Below, in pieces: positions 28,830 to 39,504 of a DNA stretch of 64,000 nt; within the stretch, counting starts at the first letter, position 1; each line of letters opens with the position of its first letter. The stretch lies in the NCBI GenBank assembly GCA_030248215.1, contig JASANG010002509.1, forward strand, positions 558,001 through 622,000. Direction: 5' to 3'. The DNA comes from Enoplolaimus lenunculus. Taxonomy: Eukaryota. The notes below the pieces were generated by a model. It was not told where the DNA came from, did no database searches, and was given only the letters and a program-made list of their open reading frames with translations. The translations under genes and the position numbers were made by a program.

Positions 28830-31800
28830 ATGGGTAACAGGATCGCGAAAAAGTACCGTGTAAGTGAGTTTGCATTTCCGGTAAGCTTCTAATTTAGCCG
28901 TTGTTGGTTTTTGTCATATTCTGAGAACCTGTAATCGTGCTGTATGTTGTGAAGTTGAATACACCGTCTGGTGAGTGCCGCAATCAAATAAATGGTAAGC
29001 GGAATGTATAATAAGAATGAAGTCTACCACGAATGATTTTAGAACAAATGTAACGAAACAGGGGCGGAACAGTTTTATAAGCATATTCCTAAGCCTAAGC
29101 CTAAGACAAGCAAAACAATTAGTCTAAAGCTTAAGCTTGCTCTTTTCTAGTCCCACAGAAAAACGTTCCGCACTTGATCTTTGCATGGGCCGATTTTAGT
29201 ATAATCTTACGTTTGCGTTCGTTTATGTCGAACGCCTAACGATGCCACATCCACAAATCAAGAATGGCAAACAAGAGACTGGTGTAACTTATAGAAATGA
29301 CCAGAAAATAAGTTTTCTAAACATGGACAGTAAATAAGTTTGTTGGTCGCTAGCGGTGATGCAGCTCGAAGCGGCAAAAGATATCCATCGCCGAGTTGGC
29401 ACTGTACGATACATAACAGTGTCAAAATAAGTTTAAGTTTGAGTTCTTGAACTGATATATCAAAGGTATTTCGATTATAGCGTGACATCTTGTTCAATTT
29501 GCTATAATTAAACAAAACGAGGATTCAGACGACTCGATAATATTGTGCATGTTTTAGGATCTCGATGGAACTCACGAAAATTTAGGTAAGCTATTATAAT
29601 GTGCGATATATATTAAACTAGCTATGTCATTTGATTCCTAAAATGCAATTACTAATTACAGTGAAAAAAGGTCGCACACAACATTAAAATATATAGATGA
29701 CACGGGGTCTGCGACGAAAATATTTATTAAGTGTAGGACAACTTTATTAAACCAGCACGTTTTATTTAAAGTTACGACTTCCATTGCACTGCAAAAAATG
29801 GTGAGTCAAGTTGACTGTTTCCTAAATAGGTTCTACGGGACTACACAAACTGAGCGAAATTCGACACCACCAGATTGAAATTCGACTCACTGAGTCGCAC
29901 GTTTGAGTCTTGCGGATTCGAATTTGATTCAGTTTGTGCAGTCCAGTAGATCCGATTTCGGAGAGAGTCAATTTGACTGATCTTTTTTTGCAGTGTGCAA
30001 CTACTTTGCTTTTGTGTCGTTTGATCTTTAAAAAATTGTCCCTGTCAGTCTTTGAAGGCGGCTGAGTCAATTGCACGCCCTACCGCCACATCGATGTTAC
30101 TGATGTCATTTTGATCGAATTTCTTCTGATTTGTAAAGAATACTACACTGCAAAAAATGGTGGGGTCAGATTGACTCTCTCTGAAATAGGCTTTTCGGGA
30201 CTACACAAACTGAGTCAAGTTCGACTCTGCCAGAGTCAAATTGAAATCACTAAGTCGCACGCTTGACTCTGGCGAAGTCGAATTTGATGCTGACGAAGTC
30301 GGTGTTCGATTCAGTTTGTGTAATCCCGAAAAACCTATTTCGGAGAGAGTCAATTTGACTCACGATTTTTTGCTGTGCATAAAATGGGTTTTGGTGAAAT
30401 TTTTGAATATATAAACACAATGAATGAAAAAATTTCCAAATATTTCCGATTCTGTGAATAATAAACCTATTTTTTACAGTACCGATAAAAATTTAGACTT
30501 GCATTCAATATTCAACGAGTTTGACCTTGATCATGACGGCTGTATTACACAAGTCGAGCTCATGAAAACACTAAAACGCCTTCAGTTGAATCCGACTGCC
30601 CTTGAAGTGAACGCAATGTTCGTTGCGGCGGACAAAAATCAAGACGGAAAAATTGAGTTTGCAGGTTTGTTTTGAACAAGTTGTTTTTCAACTTAAGTTG
30701 ACATTTTACAAATTATAAATGTTCGATGTATTGTAAATGAAATTAGCACAGATGGTCATATTATAAATGTTTCACTGAAATCTTTAGCCAATATCCATCC
30801 TTAAACGCAAAAGGTCACAGAAATTGGCCGGCTATCAGCCATTTAACTGACCTTTCTAGAACGACATGCTCGCGATGAATAGGTGGTATATTTTATTAAC
30901 ACTCTGAAATGACTCAAAAAAAGCAATTTTCCGGCTGCAAAATAGCCTGTAAAGGTCAGAAAATTCTGTCGCTAGCTTGAAGCTACACTGCTACAAATCG
31001 TGAGTCAAATTGACTCTCTCCGAAATAGGCTTTTTGGGACTATGCCCGAGCATTGTGTAACCTTTTTTCTAAGCCTAACCTAAAGTTAAAACCTTAGCTC
31101 AATCTTGAACCAAGGCTGACAATTCATCGGTTGTGGACAGTGTGCAGAGAGAGAGATTACGCTGGTGTGACGTATTTGCACGACTTTTACAGGACAGAAT
31201 TTTTGTTACAGAATTCGAGTCGCTCATAAAACAGTCGCCAGCGCTACGCAGTCTCCAGCACGCGTTTCGACAGTTTGATTTGGATCGAGACGGTGAAATT
31301 ACAAAAGACGAGCTTGTCCGAGTGATCGCTCAATTGGGTCAAAACATTCCAAACGCCGAAGTCATTGCCATGTTCACCGAAGCGGATGTAAACAAAGATG
31401 GACGCATTAACTTTGAAGGTACTGGCTGTAAACACAATGATAGAGGAAACTTAAGTTTTTGACTATTTTTTTGCTTGAGGCTTAGGCTTCGGCTTTGGAG
31501 TATGCTCATTTTTACGCTTAGGCTTAAGTCTTAGGCGTAGACTTAGGAATATGCTTATAATACTCCTCTGTTCTTTACATTGGCCCATTAGATTTGGTAT
31601 TTTCAGAATTTGCTCAATTAATGAAACGTCATCCGTTGGTGTTAAATTTACGTCAAATATTTTCACAGTTCGATGTCGATTGTGATGGCTACATTTCGCT
31701 CAGAGAGCTTCGTACCGTTTGCAAACAACTCGAAGTGCCGGCGTCTGATCGTGAAGTGAACGCAATGTTTGCGGCAGCAGATTCAAACCGAGATGGAAAA

Positions 31801-32690
31801 ATTAGTTTTGAAGGCAAGTCATTTTTAATGATTAATATTTTTTTGTGTTATTTTCAAAATATATAGACAATCAATCATTCTATTCAATTTACTCAAAAAT
31901 ATCACAAGAATTCTAAACGGATCACATGTCACAGTATATATGTATATATATTATATATACATACATATATATAACGGAACTTACTGTAGTGACCCGAATA
32001 AGAGGGGGGAACTGATTTTTATTTGGTCTCTCCAGAGGATACCCCTTGTTCTCGGTTACGAAAGGTTATTTGTTTTTAACCCACGCTCCGCCACCCTTCG
32101 TTACTGACATATATCCGGTACTGCAATTATCCGTTAAATTAAACGTTTATTTGTCTTGTGTCAATTGCTTGAGCGATGATGCAAGGTTATACTTAGGAAT
32201 GTACTTTTAAAATTTAAGTATATACACTTTAAAGTTTCGAACTCAAATTATTTGATTGTGGAGTCATTTATGCGCTACAATTAGGGATAATTGACATCTA
32301 TGGACTCCAATTTGGGTTTAGGGACTCTATGCGCTTTAAAAAATTTTTTAATTTTTAAAAAAATAATTAAAAATACTTTTTCTTTTTCTTTTTTCTTTAC
32401 GGACTTTTATTAGGAATACAGACTCCTATTGATTTGGACTCAAAATGGGGACCCTCCACCTCCGTCTGATTACCCCCCCTTATTCGGGCCACTACAGTAA
32501 TCTGGCCGTGTGTGGGTCACACGAACATAGGTTAAGACCAAAGACCAACCCAATGTTGTATTTGCACATTTCAAGTACGTTGAACGCACCAAACTGCATT
32601 CATCGATACCAACTGTATGTCTTCTTTTTGTTTGTAGAATTCTGCTCGTTGCTCACCCAAAAGCAAAGCCTTGGATTTGGACTATCGTGA
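28830..32690 (+). CDS. Calmodulin-like protein with six EF-hands. Firm exons 30480-30664, 31212-31418, 31607-31813, 32638-32690; tentative 5' exons about 28830-28863 and 29558-29585
   Basis: EF loops DLDHDGCITQVE, DKNQDGKIEFAE, DLDRDGEITKDE, DVNKDGRINFEE, DVDCDGYISLRE and DSNRDGKISFEE join through phase-1 introns. The intron starting at 31814 has a GC donor. The 5' end is uncertain. Confidence 0.85.
31984..32497. mobile_element. Tc1/mariner-like MITE. Related copies near 2570-2710, 7903-8350, 11335-11757, 41064-41140, 55810-56057
   Basis: TA|CTGTAGTGACCCGAATAAGAGGGGG...CCCCCCTTATTCGGGCCACTACAG|TA. Confidence 0.8.
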
Positions 32691-33513
32691 AAACCTTTAC
32701 GCTACTCGGTTTATACGCAATCGCTGGAGTCGTTTTGGCGTCAGTACACTTGTTCTCATAAGCTTAAACAAGCCTAAGCTTACAACCGTAAGCATAAGCC
32801 TAAGCTTCGCATCACCGAACGTATGCCAAAATTTGCAAATTTAGGGGACAGTTTGCAAAAGTGCCCCACCGTTTCAATATCAAACCGACGCGCCTACGTT
32901 GCACTTTTATTATCACGCGGCGTGTTGACACGAATATTGCGTGTCGAATGTTTGACCCATGTTACTTTTAGGGTCGTCTTGTTTTTTGACTGGACAGTAA
33001 ACGAACTTGCATTTTTATATTTTACTTAGTGTTAGGCATAGACTTAGGAATACACCTTTTTTCAAATTCCTTTTTTTCAACGTTTTTGGTTTAGGCTTCG
33101 GCTTAGGCGTAGGAATATGCGCTAATCGACGGTATACAGTCCTAAAAGTAACTTTGGTCGAAAGTTTTAATATAAACAGTGGATTGGTTTCAATAAAACT
33201 TTTTCACAAACCCGATTTTTGCTCTTAAATTGGCAAATTTTATGCTGAATGCGATGAAAAAAATGAAATTTTTAATGAATTAATTTGTAAACAACAATCA
33301 GCCAAACTAACGTAAAATAATTAATGTGATTTTAAAATACGGTGTACTGCGGGGCAAGTATACTGAATACTGAATGTTCTGTAAGCTTTGAAAATTGTGT
33401 TGTGATTTGTCAAAATTAAATAAATCGACTCAAACACAAGACAACGTTTAAACTCGGTCATGGAATCTGTAATAAATCTGGCTACAAATTCGATTTGAAA
33501 TCGTTTCAATGAG

Positions 33514-33674
33514 GCCTATAGCCAGCTCATCTTGCTAGGGGGGGCTAAAAAATTTTTCAGGAGGGGCATTCAAGGGATATCAATGACTTACAAGCAAGGT
33601 TGAAAATTTTCTAGGAATGGACGATATTTTTCAGGGTGGGAGCTGAGCATCCCGTGCCCCCCTGGCTACGGGCC
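33514..33674. mobile_element. Short MITE with GCC(T/G)TAGCCAG...CTGGCTACGGGC termini. Related copies near 7335-7499, 14600-14733, 15136-15295, 21290-21418, 35237-35395
   Basis: Shared core GACTTACAAGCAAGGTTGAAAA and G/C-run subterminal inverted repeats recur at least six times. Confidence 0.7.
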
Positions 33675-35884
33675 CGATTTCAACCATCCAATGTTTTTGC
33701 CCGAATTCTTTGAATGTGAACACAATTTCAAGAGGGTCTCTATGGTTTTGGCCCATATTTACGCTGACGGATGTTCCGCTGTCCCAGGACAGCAACAAGC
33801 AGGAGTGCAGTGTAGCCAAACCAACTTTTAAAACATTCATGATTTATATATTTTATTCATGTACATTTTATAAAAAGGGGCGTATCCAAGAGGTGCTTCG
33901 CAAACCTTTCTGAGATTTTTGTACAGGAGGTTTCACACTTGGATTCTTTTTTGCAACGCAAGAATCCCCCTTCGAAATTTTTATACAACGTAACGATCCC
34001 GGTTCTCTGAGAACCTGCCACCTGGTCACTTCCAAAACAAAGCATTTATACATAATATGAATATATGAAAATGGGCTTAGGGCTACTTTTTTACCCCACA
34101 ATGGAAAACTAAAAGAGACAATTTTTTGTATTGTCTCAGGGGCGCTTCGGCCCTCCTGCATCCCTTTAGATCTTAAGGGATCCGAAGCAGGGCGGTGGTT
34201 TGTCGTACATTCGCCAACCTGACCAAGCAATGTTTTGCCGGAACAGCTAAAATTTCTAGTAAAGTTCATTTTTCGGGATTTTTAATACGAGAATCGCACA
34301 GTGCGGAGACTTGAGGGTGGTAGCCTCTTATCCGGTTTATTTTCTATTGAAATCGGGAGGGTTCAGGCGTTCGCAGCCCCGGAAAAGACACGGTCCCTCG
34401 CGACACAAAGAAAAAAAGAAAAAACCCCCCAAAAGCTACGGACTACACAAACAGCAAGCGACTTCGTCAGAGTCAAACGTGCGATTTAGCGAGTCAAAGA
34501 TCAGGAGCAGTAACAAACCCCGAAACCCACGAAAAGACAAATACCCCCCTTTTTTAAAGAAAAAAAAATTACAGTGTTTTGATTTTTATAAGCAATTTTT
34601 ACATGTAAAATATAACTTAAAATTTCCCATCCGTTCATATTACAGTTGCGTGGATGGAAGCAAAAAAAGTGCCGGCTTAGGCTTAGGCATAAGCTTTAGG
34701 TTTAGTCATTGGCTTATTCAACACTAAGGCTTATCCTTATAAACTCGTGGCATGGTGAAGGAAATGTTAAAACTCGTGGCATGGTGAAGGAAATGTTAAA
34801 CTGTCCTCGCGGTCCTGCTGTCTTGCTGTTCCGACTGCCTTCCTGTCCCGCCATGCGCTGCTGTCTCGGCTGTCCTATTGTCCCAGGTGTCCTTCTATTC
34901 CGGCTGGTCTCAGTTGTTCCCCGCTGTCCTGCTGTCCCCGCTGTCTTATAGCAAAATCTGAGCACCCAGCAAAAGTGATTTTGTTTACTGCTTCTACTAT
35001 TGTTTTCTTCGGGACAACATGACAGTACTTATAGTAACATTGGCCATAGTTATATTTCACCCGTATAACGGCGGCCCTATATTTGTATTACCGTAATGTC
35101 GTCCGGTGTCGTACGGCAACGCACGTGGACCACCGTTGGCACCATAGAAAACAATTTTTAAATAATTTTTAGTTGCGGCACCGTCCTGTGCAATCTGTCC
35201 CCGTACGATACCACCCTAGCAGCCGTGCTGAAAGCGAGCCCGTAGCCAGGGGGACCAGGGGGGCTCAGCTCATCTGGAAAAATTTTGGCCCCCCCTAGAA
35301 AATTTTCACCCTTGCTTGTAATTCACTAAAACACTTGAACGCCCCTAAAGAAAATTTTTTAGCCCCCCTAGTAAGGTGAGCTGGCTACACGCCTAGCTGT
35401 AAGATAATGGTTCTTGTCATTTTTGTGGCACCATGCTACGTTGATCCATGCTGGAAACGGGGGTGTTCCAGATCTTACACCTTGGATTTCTATTTCCGTA
35501 GAACACAGACATCAAAACAAAAACATTTGCTGCGTTTTGATTATAGCTTATTTTAGGGATTTAGCACAAGTTATTGAGTAAAAATTAGCATTTATATCGC
35601 CAAGTTTCCATTTGTGGTCATGGCAGCGGTGTTTTGTTATTGTTTTTCCGAGAACGTTTACTATTTCGGTTGCTTTATATTATTTTCGTCATGAAATGCC
35701 AAATCTTTAGCCTGTAAGTCGAACGTTACAAAATGGTTGAAAAGTTGTTTACAGGTTGTTGGCTTTATATTATAATTTTGATTACCTACAAATAGTAACA
35801 TGACGATGATAAACAACCTTTATCGCTGGTAAAATTATAACAAATCTTCGAGAAGGTATATAAGTGTTGCGCTGTACTTCTGTT

Positions 35885-36160
35885 GACGTCCGGCGCCGTC
35901 CGTCACCAGCCCGGCGCGCCCGTCACGGAGCGTCATTCGTACGGCGCCGTCCGTCACCGTCCGCCACTATACGATATTACACGTGTGTAATTTGCGACAA
36001 CTCACGGTGACGGACAACGCGGACTGTGACGGACGGCACCGGACGGTGACAGACGGCGTCGGACGGTGATAGACGGCACGGTGATAGGCGGCGCCGGACG
36101 GTGATAGACGGCGCCGAACGGCTAACATGGGGAGACGTAAAAATAAATAACCGTCCGTGA
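35885..36160. repeat. GC-rich inverted array of GACGGTGA/GACGGCGC motifs, probably a MITE interior
   Basis: CCGTCCGTCACC motifs on the left face GGACGGTGA(C/T)AGACGGC motifs on the right. Confidence 0.6.
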
Positions 36161-38442
36161 CCAAATAATCGACACAGCTTGTCTGAAAACGCAAAATAAA
36201 ATATCAATATATGTATGGCGAAATAAGAAACATTTCGCGGTAAGCCATTCATATATATGCTCCAGACATTTGCACATTTTAAACTGTACACTAAACGTTT
36301 TAAACAAGAAACTTTAAAAATCTATATATTAAAGCTCGAACGTTCCACGTACGTATTTTGGGCAGCATTTCAACAGATATGTGTTTACGTTACGTATGCA
36401 AATTAAGTTTGTATGCATTGAGATACCTACTGTTGCACATGTTTTATATATTTTATTTTGTTCACTTAAATACGAGGAGCCCAGGCAACAATTTAGCCTA
36501 CGGTCGGCGAAGCGTTTAATTCTGTTGCACATGTGTGCAACTACGTGTACTAGTAAACTTTATGTACGGACGCTAAAAATGGTTTCACAATGTTCATAGC
36601 AAACGAAAACGTATACTGCTTCGGTCAGTATTTCAACTTATAAAACTTGAAAACTAAAAACTGTCTGCCAAATATTCACTCATTTGCACGGTGACAGTTG
36701 ACAAAAAAATTTGCCTCAAACAGTTTGAGCATCACAAATAAGATGTCAAAAACTAAACCGAAACACCTCATAATTGCAGCCATTTTTTGTTTGTTTGCAA
36801 TATTTCGTCTTTTTTTCCGTCAAAATTCAATGTTGCAGTGTTGAAACTGAATTTTGTTGAACTGGACATGTGTATTAAACTATGTTTGGTGGTTGTTGCT
36901 AAATAAATATTTTTAATGTCTGAGTTTGGCAAAAAAAGGTTAACTCTGGTTGTCATGGAACAGGTTGGCTTTTGGTCGGTATAGGCGCCCGTCAATTAGG
37001 AGAGATTGAGACATGGAGACTGATGGACTAGACTCGGAGGCTTAGGTTTAGTGACTGTAAGGTTAGCTTAAATTTAGGCTTATGCTGTGGCTGATTTAGG
37101 ATATGCTCAGCGGCCAGTCCTTATAGGTAACGAGACTTTGAACAGATCGACCTCTTTACTTATATTTTATTCAATATTTGGGTCATAGTACTAAATCACC
37201 ACAAGACGTGAGAGCCCCCTCGGGTTCGAGCGTCAAGCTCCTATAGCTGAGTGGTGATGGTATACGCCTCCCACTCCAGTCACTGGAGTTCGAATCTTAG
37301 CATAAAAGTAGGTCTCAGGGGAAATAGAAAATATTCATGTGAGAAAGCGTTAAGCGAAAAATTTTCAGTTTACTATCTTTAATGGGCGTCCAGGTTTCTG
37401 CTGGGTCTATAAAAGAGTAGATTTAGATTCTAGACTACATTTTTTGCTTAGGCTTAGGTTTAGGCTTAGGCTTAGGAACTCATTTTTGCAACGCTTAGGT
37501 TTAGGCGTAAGAATACGCTTAATCTACTGTTATGCCCCTCAACGTATCATTGGCCCACTATTTACACAATATTCCTCTATAAATGCCAACACTTTTTGAC
37601 AAGGTTAATAAAAATGCGGATATTTTCGTTTCTAATTCCAATGGTTAATACTGCGCCGGGTCTCATGAAGTGACTTTATGTCTAACCAAGAGCCAGAAGT
37701 CGACCAAAATTTGAGAAAACCGGAACCGAAATCAAAGCAAATGTGCGCGGAATTGTATACAATGGTGTTGAATTGAAAACTGGTAACCATCTTTTTGATG
37801 TTAAAACTTTATTGTAAAGCTTGTTTTTGAGAAATTTTGACTATAAATTTTCAGAATTAATCTATTAAAGTTACAAACCAACTCAATAGTGACAATAGAC
37901 TCACTAAAAACGGAATAATTTTTTTAAAAACATGAAAATTTTATACAAAAAAATTTCTGGAACCTGTGGCAAAAATAGTACCAAATCCTGTGCCCGATTT
38001 TCTGCTGGAGTCGGAGGCAGACCTTCAATTGTACCCAGGTCCCTACCTTACTATTTGAGCTCGTGCTAGCCTAGCATGAGCCATATCGCTTGGGTTGACT
38101 TTTAACGCTTTCACTCATAGAGTATACTATGAGCAACTAAATACAACAATTTAAGAGCAATACACAACACCGTGAATAGAGTTTAACATTTATGACATAT
38201 ATGCGCAGTGTAAAATCTCCACAGGACGTGAGATCCCCTCGGGCTCGAGCGTCAAGCTTCTATAGCTGAGTGGTCATCGCAAACGCCTCACACAAGAGAG
38301 ACTGTGGATCGAATCTCACCTTGAAATTACATCTGATATGAAATTGCAAATATTCATGTGAGAAAGGGTTAATATTAATTAAAACTTTTGTATTCGAAAT
38401 TACCAAGATTGGTAATTAATATATACTTCAGTAGCTTGTTAA

Positions 38443-38709
38443 CCCTTTACTCATATAGTATACTATGAGCAACTAAATACTAGCAATATATGAGCAACAC
38501 AGACACTGTGAGCTGTGTTTAATATTTGTAACATGTATGTGCAGTGCAAAATCTCCACAAGACGTGAGAGCCCCCTCGGGATCGAGCGTCAAGCTCCTAT
38601 AGCTGAGTGGTCATCGTAAACGCCTCTCACCCGAGAGACTGGGGATCGAATCTTACCTTGAATAAAAGTGCATCTCATATGAAATTGAAAATATTCATGT
38701 GAGAAAGGG
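38443..38709 (+). mobile_element. piggyBac-like MITE with internal tRNA-derived cassette. Sibling copies about 37184-37349, 38106-38368, 38962-39224
   Basis: TTAA|CCCTTT...AAAGGG|TTAA ends. Internal A-box TAGCTGAGTGG and B-box-like G(T/A)TCGAATC. Confidence 0.8.
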
Positions 38710-39504
38710 TTAAGGCGCAATTGTACTGCCGGAGCTTAATTCTGAACCTCAAAATAAAATCGCTTGTTAAATAAATCAGTTTTACTTCACAACTTTGCAT
38801 ATATTCATTACGGATCAGAAGCCGTTAAAAAATTCCAGTTTACACAATAGACTTTTCACGCTGATAAGTGAGACCGCTTATAGTTGCAAAGTAAAAACAC
38901 GGCTCATGTAAAGATCAGTGGCGAAACGTTTTTCTGTGCGACTACAATAAAGTAAGCTTATCCCCTTTTCACATTAAGCTGCCTATAGGCAACTCAGCGC
39001 AGTATATATACGGTAAATAATATATATCGCACCGTGTTGAACAATTGCAACACGTATACATAGTACTAAATCACTACAAGACGTGAGAGCCCCCTCGGGT
39101 TCGAGCGTCAAGCTCCTATAGCTGAGTGGTGATGGTGTACGCCTCCCACTCCAGTCACTGGAGTTCGAATCCGAGCATAAATGTAGGTCTCAGGGGAAAT
39201 AGAAAATATTCATGTGAGAAAGGGTTAAGGTTTAAACTATTTTGTTGCAAACGCTTCTACTTAGGTATAAGCTTGGCTTACGCTTAGGCCTAGGAATATA
39301 CTTATACTACTGTTCCTGCTCTGTTCTGTATATTGGACAGTAACACCGTAGGTAATACCAGCAGCTGTAAAATGATTAGATACATCTGTCTTGCACCGAG
39401 TAATGGGTATATTGTGAATGCAACTTTATTTTGAAATTAGTTTCTGCGTTATATAATCAACGTTTAACCGGTAGCTTTTTAACAAATATCATATTTTAAT
39501 TTCT

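Noticed and set aside
33868..35060. Cluster of 60-140 aa ORFs
   Set aside because: They overlap repeat fragments, a 28-bp duplication (34741-34800) and CTGTCC-rich low-complexity DNA; no domain or splice support.
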